Origin: Lytechinus pictus
Taxonomy: Eukaryota
Direction of reading: 5' to 3'
DNA length: 64,000 nucleotides
Assembly (NCBI RefSeq): GCF_037042905.1
Contig: NC_087251.1
Coordinates: 42,162,001 to 42,226,000 of the forward strand
Shown: positions 25,800-39,040 of the stretch, piece after piece
Layout: each line of letters begins with the position of its first letter
Numbering within the stretch: the stretch's first letter is position 1
The notes under the pieces: model-generated
What the model was told of the DNA's origin: nothing
The model's input: only the letters and a program-made list of their open reading frames with translations
Databases searched by the model: none
Program-made: the position numbers and the translations under genes

Positions 25800-26185
25800 A
25801 GGGAAAGAAGAGGAAGAGGGTGAACTGAAATGGAGTAAGGAGGAGGAGGAGAGGGAAGAAAAAGGGGGAGATTAGAGAAGAATGAGAAGGGATGATGAAA
25901 TGGGGGGGGGGGGGTAATACGGAAGGAGTGAAAAGGACTGGTAGTAATTATGGAGAATTCAAGAAATCAAAGTTTTAAAATGAGAAAAAAGAGGAGAGTA
26001 ACAGGTCAGAAGAAAAATTAGCAATAAAATCAGGAAGCTGAAAAAAAAAGGGGTAAGAGGAGTCAGGAAAAAAGAAAAGGGGTGAAAGTAAGTTGCAAAT
26101 AAGAAGGGAGGGGTAATGGAAGGATGACAGAGGAGAATGGAAAAGAGAGACAGGAGGAGTGGGGGGGGGGGGTGAGGATGACAAA
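25800..26185. repeat. G/A-rich low-complexity tract
   Basis: Purine-rich, with poly-G runs. Confidence 0.8.
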
Positions 26186-27049
26186 GAGGATGAATTTACA
26201 GTATCATGACAGAAACAGGATAAATAATTACCTGGGGAATAAGTATCATTAAAGCTGGAATGAGATACAGGATGATGAGCTTTTATCATTTCATGCATGA
26301 TGTCTAATGAGCACCCATAACCTTGGTCAAGGAAACATTATAGTGCATCTTCGACATCAAAGTGCGCTTCAACCAGCTTGACTTTTTTCAGAAAGTTGTT
26401 CTGTTCGGACACATGCAGTCTACCATCTTTCCGTTTTTCACTTCTTTCCAATCAGCATCTACTTCCTTGAATGTCATCGCCCACTCAATTTTCATCCTTT
26501 CGTTTCAGATTATTAATTCTATTTGCATCTTCTTATCCGTTATTTTCGGATTCTCCTCTAGTCACTGGAATCACAAAGGATTTACAAGGAGTTATAATTA
26601 TCTTAAGCTAAGCCACCAGGAGCCCACTTTCATGATCCCTATACCGTCATTACATCAAACTGGACAATATACTCAGAGATGTGTTGAGAGTAGTGAGAAA
26701 AAAATTAAAATCTTATTTTAAAATGTTTATACTTCTTATTCAATGAGTCACAAATATCCTCTGCATCTTCATGAATGCGCTGAAGAAAAACTGACCTGAA
26801 AGAATTTCCTTGAACTTTTACCAATTGTAATGATAACAACTTCATCATTAAAATAATTAAACTGGAAGCACTTAAAGCCAGAAGGTTGTTACCGACAAAG
26901 CTTCAAATCTCATCGCAATCTAGTGCGTCCCAAACCTCACCTATATGGAGAAAGCAGGGATCCCTGGAGAAAGGAACTCATCATGAGAGTTCATCTGAAA
27001 TGAATCTGTAAATCACGGCAGATAGGTGCTTTTACACTGACTCAAACAC

Positions 27050-27545
27050 ATAAGATACCAGGTATTCTCTGATCGGGAAACTATCTTTGATCTACCCCGA
27101 TCACAAGATACCAGCTATTTTCAGCAGCGTATAAGGAAATTAGGCGTAATGTTTCCAAAAGAAAATACCCGCTAGGTATACCTGTCAGTTGTCAAAATTA
27201 CAAGAACTTTTGCAAGGATATTCCCAAAGTTACGGATATTCTCGTAGTGTGAAAGCAATTACGAGAACTGTCCCTTCCAGCGATTATGTTGCGTACGGGC
27301 ACTGTAGGCTGCTTTGATTGTTTTGCTGAGCTTGCAAATTTAAGAAATGCGCCTCATCTGATACACCAGTGACGTGAGAGGACACAGGCCATTTCGCTGA
27401 TGACCACAGCTTCAAGAACTTACACTAAAATAAAGTTCGTTTTGGGTGGATATGATTGCAAAATAAGTATTATCAGTTATTTCGAGGCCTGAACAAGATC
27501 TTTTAAATTTACAGGTATTTTGGAGTTCGAGCAGGTTTTAAATCG
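27050..27545 (-). mobile_element. Old diverged family A relative
   Basis: Retains AAAGAAAATACCCGCTA, GTGAAAGCAATTAC and GATCGGGAAA motifs. Further partial copies at about 15317-15470 and 39320-39580. Confidence 0.6.
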
Positions 27546-28337
27546 CCCGAGGAGTATGTTCATCAGACCGTCTTGTGATGAGGGAAAGAAAGCTAAGTGA
27601 GAAGATCCATGGTCTAATTGCTACAGGCTTTAATCACTTTGGCTGGTTGGGTGTCATCTTCTGTCAACTCACTGAGAGGTGAGATTTCTCCGGCCATCTT
27701 CACAAGATGTAACTACACAATCAGGCAGCTAACAATACCTCTCCCTTGTCACTGTTGCTATTGCATATTTTACCAGTGATGACAGGCACAGATCCCAGGT
27801 GTATACAAGCCTTATCTCAAACTAGACGAAATATTGCCAGTTAATTCTGAAACTCTAATTTTTCCCCATTCAATTCACATTTCCCCACTTTTTATACTCG
27901 ATGATTCAATCTGTGGAATATTTACCTACAATTTCATAAACCCTATAAGAGAAAAAAAGTTTAGTCATCATGAACCATTGAAAATTGGGAATTTCTAAAA
28001 TTCATACATTATGGAGAGGCTGCTCGCATACTCTCTAAATTCCCCTTAGACTGAAACAGCTTGCAATCTGGGACCAATCCAAAGTTGGATTAAAGTTTTA
28101 AATCGAATAGATTTAGAAACCATTATTATTTGATTGAAACTTTTGATCCAATTTTAGATTGGTCCCTGGCCACAATCTATTAGATTGACTTTCAATCTAC
28201 GAAATTTAGAGAGTATGAATGATGTCACAAAATCAAACCCTTGAAAATTTATTATCTCATTTTTTAATGGATTTCTTGATAAACAAACATTCACCTAGGC
28301 CTTTGTATCATTTTCTGCTTTTATCAAAACCAGCTAA

Positions 28338-28718
28338 TACCCCTTTCATAAACCCAATTATGCGGCTAATAGCAGCATAAGTTGGTCGTAAAATCGGAGG
28401 AGGACCAGAGTTATCCGTATTATTTTGATGCTGCAATTATCTGCATAATAGCGGCATCGGGACCAGATTTTGACTTTATGAACGCATTTCCAAATAATGC
28501 GGATAATTGCCATGGTGCGGTCACAAGGTCACCCTTTTCCAACACAACCGCATCGGAGGGGGGCGTGTGCAGTTGTCATGACGATTATCCGCCTTTTTCA
28601 GGACGGGCGCTCGTAAAAATAGTGCGGATTATTTTCGGAGTTTGTGAACGCAATTTTTATTGAATTATCCGCATTACTCTTAGGCGGCTAATTGGAGGAT
28701 GGGTTTATTAAAGGGGTA
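28338..28718 (+). mobile_element. MITE family E (TACCCCTTTCATAAACCCA termini, TNA target; PIF/Harbinger-like)
   Basis: Inverted termini; flanks TAA/TTA; nearly identical to 56916-57295. Confidence 0.93.
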
Positions 28719-29429
28719 TTAGAGTCAGCACAAAACCCTTCAAATACATCATCAACACCCTTAGCCCTGAAGATAATAACTCTGTTGGCACATTGCTTTT
28801 CTATACTGTCTACTGATATCTGATATGACAGCTCCTCCAATATCCACACACCTCATAATACGGTGACATCAAGTTATATTTGAATAACATACTGGGATTG
28901 GACACAGAGCAAACTATTACAATGCCAGATAAACATAAACTATGTTTACCCTAGCCCCGTTGCTATGGAAATAATTCTTTCTGAGGTGAACGTGAAGTGA
29001 CTACACTCCAAGATCGTACACAGGACAATGACAATCGCTGCTTAGAGAAATTACAATGAGTTATTGATCAAGGCCATGGATTGATTTGATATCAACTACT
29101 CATATGCGGATATCTTGTCCCTATTGAATAACAATGAAAGGTCCTTTAAACCGATGGTGGTATCGCTATGACATAGGGATATCGAAAGATTAACAGACCT
29201 AGTAATTCATCTGGTATTTTTTTAAGCTCAAAATCAGTCTTCTTGATATGGGCATGACATGTGTCTAATAAAGCCACCCAAGGGAAACAGAGAAGTGACC
29301 ACTGAAGGCAGGTGGACTTTTAAAGACAGGTTCTATATCAGATATAACTTCCACATTGGATACAATTTGGGTGACCACTAAAAAACAGGTTTAAACACAT
29401 GGCTGGTACCATATAAAGCTAATAAAAGG

Positions 29430-29940
29430 GTGATGTAGATGATGATGATGATAATGATGATGTAGATGATGATGTAGTTGATGATGATAATGATGATTTA
29501 GATGATGTAGATGATGATGATAATGATGATGTCGATGATGATGTACATGATGATGATGATAATGATGATGTAGATGATGATGGTGATGATGATGATGATG
29601 AAGATGAAGATAAATAGCATTTATTAAAACAACATTCAGGGGCTCTGAAAATGGATGACAAATGAGTCACTCGTTCCCTTTTCTCCAGGCAAGTTTTAAT
29701 TGGTACACAATGGTGGTGGTGGTGGTGATGATGATGATAGAGATGATGATGTAGATGATGATGATGGTGATAAAGGTGATGATTATGATGATGGTGATGA
29801 TGGTGATGATGATGATGATAGTGGTGGCGGTGGTGGTGGTGGTGATGATGATGATGATGATGAAGATAAATAGCATTTGTAGAAAAAAAAACATTCAAAG
29901 GCTCTGAAAATGGATGACAAATGAGTCACTCGTTCCTTTT
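29430..29940. repeat. Two (GAT/GGT)n microsatellites, each followed by the same ~70-bp unique tail
   Basis: The tail AAATAGCATT...GGCTCTGAAAATGGATGACAAATGAGTCACTCGTTCC occurs at about 29611-29678 and 29868-29936. Confidence 0.9.
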
Positions 29941-30503
29941 TTTAATCTCATAAATTTGCAGCACGACCTCCAATCTCACAGAAAACCAGACACAACAAAC
30001 ATGTCTAGTTTATAAAGAATGATAGAGAAAACAAACATTGGTATCATAAACTGATGACAAATGGGGGAGGGGGAGATCAAAGGATGATGGTGATGATGGG
30101 TATTATCAAACACAGGCTCTAGTTGAAGATTCAATAAATTAAAAGATTTAGCCTGTCAAATAAAAAGGGACTCACATTGGCAGGTAGAGAAATCTAATTT
30201 ATATCAAGTATCCAACAATGTTTACTTCAATATCTATAAATTACTACCCAATAAAGAAAACTTCATAGAAATTATATACATTTTGTGTGTGTTCGGGCAT
30301 CAAATGCACACAAAAAAGAGAAAATATTCATGTAAAATTCCACCAATGCCACAAAAAATACACTTCAGAGTCAAATACATGTGTTCAGAGTTTCACCCTT
30401 TTTTATCAGTACATTTACGCCTTCCTGATGATATTTACCAGAACTCTATTTGCCACAGTGATGAGAGACTTTAAAAATTTGTTCAATATCAGGTATGTCT
30501 TAA

Positions 30504-31091
30504 AGGGATGGTCCGGGCTGGAAGTATTTATAGCTTAATAAATAGAGTAGAATTAACTGAGTAAAATGCCGAAAATTTCATCAATATCGGATAACAAATG
30601 ACAAAGTTATTGAATTTTAAAGTTTAGCAATATTTTGTGAAAACAGTCGTCATGAATATTCATTAGGTAGGCTGATGATGTCACATCCCCACTAGTTCTT
30701 TTGTATTTTATCATATGAATTTAGGTTTATTCAAAAGTTTTCTACCAAGAACTAAAACAATTGGATTGACAACTGATTAAGTGCATTATATATTTATTGC
30801 TGCAACTTATTTCATCATAAGGGAGACACATCATTTACACATGTATGAAAAATGAAACATTTAGTATTTCATGTAATAACATAAGAAAAAGGAAAGTGGG
30901 GATGTGTCATCATCAGCCCACCTTATGAATATTCATGATGATGTGCATACAACTGTTTTCACAACATATTGATAAATTTTAAAATTCAATAACTTTGTTG
31001 TTGTCCGATTTTGATGAAATTTTCACAATTTCGCTCTGTGAATTTTACTCTATTTATTTAGATATAAATATTTTCAGCCTGGACCATCCCT
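30504..31091. mobile_element. Kolobok-like MITE, TTAA TSD (AGGGATGGTCC termini)
   Basis: TTAA|AGGGATGGTCCGGGCTG ... CAGCCTGGACCATCCCT|TTAA. The arms are related to family B. Confidence 0.9.
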
Positions 31092-31710
31092 TTAAATTCT
31101 TCATAAAATTAAAGTCTTAATTAATTCTCAATCACATGCAATGCATTAACGAGTGCCAGGATTCGATTGGTGCCCTAGTTAATTATCATGTGTTTTTGAA
31201 AACTCTTAATACATTGAGCTGATAACGAGATGAGATGCAAAGGAAAGGAGGATACAAGATTGGCGACAACAGTAAGGACGGAGGGTATATTACTGACAAT
31301 CTTGTTACCCTACACTAATGCAATCACAAGTCGGCTGATAAAACAGGAGCCTTCTCATTACCCTCATATGTAGTTTAAGGTACACGTATGCATCCCCACA
31401 AGTAAAATTATTCTTTCTTCACAATAAAGACCTGGGGCCCCGTTTCACAAAACATGTCATAATAAAAAATTTGCAATAGAAGTTTAAAGCTACTGAAATC
31501 TTTCAATTTGATTGGCTGATAGTAGAAATTGTGCAGAACCTTAATATGATGAAACGGGACCCTGGACTTGTGTGCAGCAGTTCATTTAATCCTAGATACT
31601 AACATGTCTCATTAAACTAGAATGATAAACTTTTTTCCCATTTCAACATTTTTATGAAAAGCTCAAACATAAACTTTAAATGTATGTTACAGTTTCTATG
31701 GTGTCTTTAA

Positions 31711-32279
31711 AGGTCAAGTCCACCCCAGGAAAATGCTGACTTTAATAAATAGAGAAAAATCAAACTAGCATATTGCTTAAAATTTCATCAAAATCGGATG
31801 TAAAATAAGAAAGTTATGACATTTTAAAGTTTCGCTTATTTTTCACAAAACAGTGATATGCACAACTAGGTGAGTCAGTCGATGATGTCCATCACTCACT
31901 ATTTCTTTTGTTTTTTATTGTTTGAATTATACAATATTTCATATTTTATAGATTTGACAATAAGGACCAACTTGACTGAACCATATGGTATTAAACAATG
32001 CTTATTCCACATGTTCAGGGAGGAATCAATCGTTGTATCACTTGACAATGAGGAGAAAATTACAATATACAAAAGAAATAGTGAGTGGATGACGTCATAG
32101 TCTCCTCATTTGCATACCAGCCAGGATGTGCATATTACTGTTTTGTGAAATTAAGCGAAACTTTAAAATGTCATAACTTTCTAATTTTACATCCGATTTT
32201 GATGAAATTTTCAGTGTTATGCTTGTTGGATTTTTCTCTTTTTATTCAAATCAACTTTTTGTTGGGGTGGACTTATCCT
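31711..32279. mobile_element. MITE family B (Kolobok-like, TTAA TSD)
   Basis: TTAA|AGGTCAAGTCCACCCC ... GGGGTGGACTTATCCT|TTAA. Confidence 0.93.
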
Positions 32280-32422
32280 TTAAATACCTGTGTCTATATT
32301 AAAATGTCTCAGACCCACTGCTTAAGTCACACCAACATAACCATAGCCAAACAGAATGATAATGTGCCATAAGAAATAACATGATATCTTTGATTGCTCT
32401 CAGACTCAAGTCAGTCACATTA

Positions 32423-32817
32423 GGCAGTGCTGCACCAGCCCAAGTTTGCTCAATCTCGAGATTTTAGCCCGATCGGCCCGCTTCGCGATTAATCTCGAGA
32501 TTCAAGAAACCCGTCTCCACCATCGCAAGAAGAGCAATTTCTGCTCGAGCGAGGCATCGATGCAATATGGTGTGACGCCGTGAATAGATAATCCCGCGTG
32601 CGTCTGCACCTGCGAATTAGCGGGATAATTCATAAAATAGTGTGTTATTTTGCAAATAATCCCAAGTTGACTTGGGATTGCAATCTCGAGATTAATCCAG
32701 CGAACTAGCGCGATAATTGCGTCTCCATTACAATTAATCTCGAGATCGGGATAATTTGCCGAATCAGAAATAAAAATAGTAAGCTAATTTGAACACTCGG
32801 GCTGGTGCAGACGGCCC
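32423..32817. mobile_element. TA-flanked MITE with repeated AATCTCGAGAT palindromes
   Basis: CTGCACCAGCCCAAGT ... ACTCGGGCTGGTGCAG inverted ends; four ATCTCGAGAT motifs. Confidence 0.75.
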
Positions 32818-34835
32818 TACTGGTATGACTGCAGCATTTTGTTATGAATCCAAACGACATACCCAATTGAAACCCACTGGTTAGATTCAATTTTGAGTTC
32901 ATTGCTTGGTCAGTTGTTTGTTTTTGTCCATGATGAAGCAGGGCTACTAACGCAGTTCATTTGAGGTGAGAGTCTCCATACCCCACACCTTTATAGTAGA
33001 CCTATTTATTGCTTATTTATGCCCTAGCTTTTGCAAACTTCTTAACATGTAGAATAGAACCATTAGAGATGCTAATACCTCGATATGTGTCATCAACTCT
33101 GGGATTCCTGCCCTAAATCCCTTGATATGAGGAGCGAAAGGACGACTCCGGTAATTAGAGGTATCCTGTTCAAATTGACCATCAGGGTTCGGGGAAGAGG
33201 GGCATTTCATGAAACAAATTATCACTGATTTCCACTGACTATTGTTGTAAGTTACTGAAATCTTTGCATCCGATTGGCTCAGAGCATATTTGTTAGTGAA
33301 TATCACTCACTATTTGTTTCGTGAAACACCCCCCTGCTCTCGCTGTCTCAAGATGCTATGCATATGACTACCCTTTCCTTTATTATTCACAACACAATCC
33401 TCCATGGATATTTCTGACACTGATGGTGATTAAACCACCAAAATGAACTAGACAATATGCACTGATTCAACCACTGCACGGAGTGTTGACCATGCTTACT
33501 AATTCACGATGAAGACTGAAATTTGAAGTGAATTCGAGAACTCCCAGGCGTTTTTCAAAGTAAGGTTTTTCTATTATGCAGGCCTACAGGCCCTAAACAA
33601 AGAGATACATAGCTTGAATTCATAATCTAATTTACGAGTACTAACCATCCAAGTGTCTGAATTGTCTTATACCAATATTTTCAAAAATGTCATACAACTA
33701 TTAATAGCAAACAATCAAGCAGTATATCAAACCAGTGGACCAGATATGACGAATCAGGCAACATTTACAAAAAGTTGAGTATCGAGAGAGCAAGCCAAAA
33801 TTTTGACATTTTTAATACAAAAACTAATTTTGTAATAGATTTTGACTTAATATCTACAAAATGATAAATTTCACCCTTCTCTCTTCCCTTTTCTCTTTTT
33901 TTTTCCTTGGTCACAATTTTTTTTTAGTCCCTTTGAGGCAAGAAGGGCTATTGCATCATGAATTTAATCATTCGTCCTTGCTCTAAAGAGATCAATTACA
34001 GGGATATTATTATGGTTCACCTCAAAAACCTGATATATGGAATATGATACATTTCAAGTATGATACATGTAGAATGATGACATGTTATATTTCAGTCACA
34101 ATCTTGGCAATAATCTTTTTTTTACATAATACATTTCTGATATTTTTCTTTCCATTTCTAATTATTGATCAATAAAATGTGGTTTATCAGTCAAAAACAT
34201 CAAGAAATGCAAGTAAAATAGTGTGGAATCGTAAGGAAATCTGAATACATCAATTGATGTTTAAAAATAAATTAAAGTTCACTTTGAGGAGTTTGTTTTA
34301 ACCATAATAAAGATGAGATTTTGTTTAAAGTTTAGAATATCAAATTGAAGTTGAAATCAATAACCAATTATCAAATTACAAATCCCTCTGTCAAAGGTCC
34401 AGTATATACATTAGATATATACCCAGTAAACTAAAGATATCTAGAAGAATATGATGAATTATTATTAAAAGAAAAAAGGGCCTAATAAAACTTATAAAGC
34501 TGAATTTCATGTATATTTCATTCGTTTCAACATTCACATGCACTAGATATAAAAACGGAATATCACAAACCTCAATCAAGAAACATTCAAGTATTTGAAA
34601 ATCAGAAAATGTACCTTATAATGTATTGAGCATTCTTTGGAACAGATAATTTGTGCAAATTTGATAGTTTGCTATAATAAAATTCACACAATATCAAACA
34701 TTTAGTGCAGTTCGTGAGATTAACACAATTACCTGGTTACATATCATATGAAAGCACTGATACTGCAATGCTTTGTATCATGTGAAAAAAAAAGCTTTTA
34801 GCATAAATCTTTTTTAACAGATGTGTCCTTTTCAA

Positions 34836-35883
34836 AAGGGAAGTTCACCCTGACATCAAGTTCGTTCTAATAAAGGCACAAAAATTAGAGAAAACTATTG
34901 GTGAGGGTTTGATAAAATCCAAATAGAAAAAGAGAGTTATAAATTGTTAAAACTTTTTGATTTTTTATGTCATAATCAAACAGCTCTCCCATGTATCATT
35001 TAATATGAATTCTACATTTTCAATAGTTTTTTATTGAATTTGAGGTATTTAAAAAAAAAATTAATAGAAGGGGGTATGAAATGATGTACTCTATGGTATA
35101 AACAAAATAACTTTCATTTCTTGGAAAAAAAAAATGTTGTGTTCTTTTAAAATTCATATCTCTTGATATATAGGAGCTGCTTATCTGTAACATCACAAAA
35201 TCAAAATTTTAATATTCATAACTATTATTTTTTGGACCAATTTTCATCAAATCTTTGCCAATGTCTTTCTCTTATTATCATTTCTGCTTTAATCAAAACC
35301 AACTTATCATCAAGTCAACCTCAGAAAAATGTTGATTTTAATCAATAGAGAAAAATCAGACAAGCATAATGCTGAAAATTTTTATCAAAGATTTTAAAGT
35401 TTTGCGGATTTTTCACAAAATAGTTATATGCACAATTTTGTCACATGCAAATGAGAGAATCAATGATGTCCCTCACTCTCTCTTTTTTTTTTATTGTTTG
35501 AATTATACAATATTTCAATTTTTTGACAAGATTTGACAATAAGGACTAACTTGACTGAACCATAAAATGTAAAACAATGGTAATTCCACAAGTTCAGGGA
35601 GAAATAAAACTTTGTTTCACAGGACAATGAGGAGAAAATTAGAACATTTCATATTTCATATAATACCATACAAAAGAAATACTAGTAGTGAGTGGGTGAT
35701 GTCATCAGTCTCATTTGCATACCGACCAGGATGTGCATATAACTGTTTTGTGAAATTAAGTGAAAATTAAAAATGTCATAACTTTCTTTTTTTACTTCGA
35801 ATTTTAATGAAATTTTTTAGTGTTATGTTTGTTGCATTTTTCTTTTTATTCAAATCAGCTTTTTGTTGGGGTGGACTTGCCCT
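34836..35883. mobile_element. Fused Kolobok-like MITEs: AGGGAAGTTCACCC type (about 34836-35310) joined to family B (about 35310-35883)
   Basis: The family B end GGGGTGGACTTGCCCT lies 17 nt beyond the donor of GALNT exon A. Confidence 0.8.
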
Positions 35884-35900
35884 TTATATAAGTATCATAC

Positions 35901-36061
35901 CTGAGATGTCTTGTATCTGGAATAGTCCTGTCTAGTGGTATCAGATCACTCTTCACTTGATTAAAAGCATGTCTGCTATAAGGGTCATTCCGAGATTCTT
36001 CCTTCTTTGCTTCTATATATTCCTTGATGTCAAAGGGCACAACCACCGGATAGTAGTGAAA
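35901..36061 (-). CDS. GALNT2-like: GALNT (polypeptide GalNAc-transferase, GALNT2/14/16 subfamily) internal exon A: FHYYPVVVPFDIKEYIEAKKEESRNDPYSRHAFNQVKSDLIPLDRTIPDTRHL(R)
   Basis: Acceptor tttttcag, donor AG|gtatga; 161 nt, phase 0 to 2. Contains the GALNT stem motif DPY..HAFNQ..SD....R.IPDTR. Confidence 0.93.
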
Positions 36062-37087
36062 CTGAAAAATAACAATGTACAAAAAGGTCTGCTTAGTTTC
36101 TAAGTATAGAAAATTATGTTGGGAGTGAAACTTGGTGGTAGAGTACAGTATGATATAAGCAAGGTAGTATATAGTATTCACATTAAACATCCATCTTAGC
36201 GTCTTTCTATGAGGCTATGAATCTGCAAGTCGTTTATGTATTCAAAGGCCACGAAATGGTTTAGAAAGTGGAGGGGGGGGGGGTTTACCATAAAAGTAAT
36301 CTTAACATGATCCAATTTTTAATTTCTTTTTTATATGTTTACTTGAAAAAAATGGGGGGAGGGGCTGAAGTCCTTTTAGCCACTCTGGTTTGATGGCCTC
36401 TTCAGATATTGAAATAAAATGATTTATGACAAATGTGTATATTTTATATGCAATGTCATAAAATATAGGCCCCCTCCACCTTAAGCAGGAAAATGAAAAG
36501 GAATACAGTAAAAGGCGGAGAGGAGTAAAGAGGAGAAAATATACATGCCTATCGATTAAAATGGGAATCCAAATATGAATTTGAGAAGATATTGACTTCC
36601 TCTCTGCAATATGAAAAGACTCTCTGATGTGGAAAAAACTCATCGCAGACAAAAAGCAATGGATTTGTGGTAAATATGCAAATGTCAAGTATCTTATCGT
36701 TACCATATACTTCTCTATTTCAGAAGATAAAAGTCACCAGGCAATTATGTAGGCCTACATCTAACACAATACTTTTCAGCTTATTTTGATTTTCATGAGA
36801 TTCATGTCTACTCCAATCCTGCAATACACAAGGCATAAACATGGCAATATTTTATGATATTGAAGAATTACTTCCACAATCTCCAGGATATAATTCGTTA
36901 TTCTAGACTTAAAAAAGACAAAAAGTCATCAAGACAATATGCTGAGAAACCATTCCTTCAATGAATCACTACAGCATAGATTCTACATCAATACCAAAAT
37001 GGATGGATACTATATAAACTTTATCAAATATCATTCTCAATACATTGAGTTCAAACTTGAGAACTATCTTTCAGCGGTATAAGAATA

Positions 37088-37560
37088 GGTGGTTTCAAAC
37101 CGCCTCAATCACAAGAATCCCCGTTAAATTACGAGAACATTTTTAGGCTAAAAAATACCCATTAATTATTCCTGCATTCAGACTGCCCCGAAACATACAC
37201 TTCGGGATAAATTCCTGAAGTTAGGAGCATGCGCAGTATGGTCTAATAAGCAGGCAAGGCGCGAGATTCAAAACTACTAGCCCAGCAGCCACCCACGGCG
37301 CCACACCCAATGACACGCTGGGCTAAAAGTTCCCGTAATTTGCTTTCACATCGCCAAAATACCTGCGACCTTGGAAAAATCCCCGCGAAAGTTCTCGTAA
37401 TTTCGCCAAGTACCTACTATTTAGCGGGTATTTTCTTTCGGGGAAATTACGCGTAGTTTGCTTTCACATTACCAAAATACCTGGTATTTTCTGATCGGGG
37501 TAAATTTCCCGATCAGAGAATACCTGGAACTGACGAACTTCGAGGCGGTCTGAAACCACC
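37088..37560 (+). mobile_element. MITE family A, full length, TA-flanked
   Basis: ta|GGTGGTTTCAAACCGCCTC ... GAGGCGGTCTGAAACCACC|ta. Confidence 0.93.
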
Positions 37561-38970
37561 TAATGGGAAAGGACATCCGGTAGTTAGTGCACCAGGCTTA
37601 ATTGACAACAGATTGACTCGCCATCTGCACTCCTCTCCTTGTTAGATGTTACCAATTTAGTTTGGCAGTACGTCGGAAGTTTAACGAGACCTGGAGAAGC
37701 CCGAGAGATCACGGCACGACCTCCAGTAGCAGCGGGAGATGGGGGCTGTGTCATCCGTTATGCATTACTGCATGTCATCTTCCATTCATGAGTAGCTGAC
37801 ATCATCAGGATGTTTGGGGAAGCATTGATGTCTCGGCCCAGATTCGGATTTATCTTTCCAAAAACAGCCAGTGAACTTTACGGTCATAGGGTACATAGTA
37901 CTATGAAGTATAGGAGATAGACATATTCCTCTGCACAAATGCATTTCAAGTACACTCAAGATACTATTCAGAGCCATAAATAGAGTGAAAAGTATTTTTT
38001 CATTGAAATCATTCACCCCAAAAGGCAAAGGACTGTAAAATTCAAATTTTTACTCAGAAGGCAAGGCTAATCCAGAAGTATGTTAAACTGTCCACCCAAC
38101 ATACTCCAATACGTTCACATGTTGTTGTGTAGTTATTAATATCATGGCAGATAAATTGCAAGTCAATGTATTTTTGTTTACATTATATGCCTATTATGGC
38201 ATTGGGATGTTAGGAGTTAAAGAAGGAAACAAGGAGTAACAGCTTCTTTGAGGTAATTTCTTCCTTCCTTGAAAGTAACCTTATCCTTGAGGTACCAGTA
38301 ACCTATTTTGATCACCCAAGGGATGACAAGTGTAGCAACGTGTGTCTACCAATACAGATCCAAACCAGAAATCCTTACACAAGGCATGTATAAGTGGTGA
38401 TAGCACCTTCTTAGCGACATCCAATGCACAGACATCAGGTTTGAACTGAAAAGAACGAGTTGCCATGGGGATGAATAACCGTGATGTCACATTTCTGTGC
38501 TATACTGTATACAAAATTGTTGTCAAAGGCAGTCCCTTGACTGATCTGAGAAAATGTGTCAAAAATCAGTTAGATATATCTGATGACCCCCCCCTCCCTT
38601 GTTCCTCTCTATCAATCTCCCCTAATTTCAATAAAAATCCCACGTGACTATAATTCTTGATTTATGCAGTTACTTTCCATGACCCAGAAATCAAGTCTGA
38701 GAATGCAAATAATATCCTCAAGGAATTCGGAAGGAAAATAGAATTAGAATGCATGGAGCACTCGAATAAATGTGTCATGATTTGTGTCTGCTAGAATAAT
38801 ACAGGAAATCTCCAAAGTTCAAACTCATGATCAGGAAGAATAATAGTGACTAATCCAACACCCCCCCCCCCACTGCCCAGGGTTTCTCTCTTGGATGAAA
38901 CATATTATAAAATGAATCGACTATTAAGCTAATGTTCATTATTTAATAAAATGTAATCAGTAATGAATTC

Positions 38971-39040
38971 AATCACCAAAGGATGCAATCACCAAAGGAT
39001 GCAATCATCAAAGGATGCAATCACCAATGGATGCAATCAC
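38971..39040 (+). repeat. 16-bp minisatellite (AATCACCAAAGGATGC), about 4 copies
   Basis: Direct reading of the sequence. Confidence 0.9.

Noticed and set aside
29419..29898. Poly-His/Ser/Ile ORFs (also 61268-61624)
   Set aside because: Trinucleotide microsatellite artefacts.
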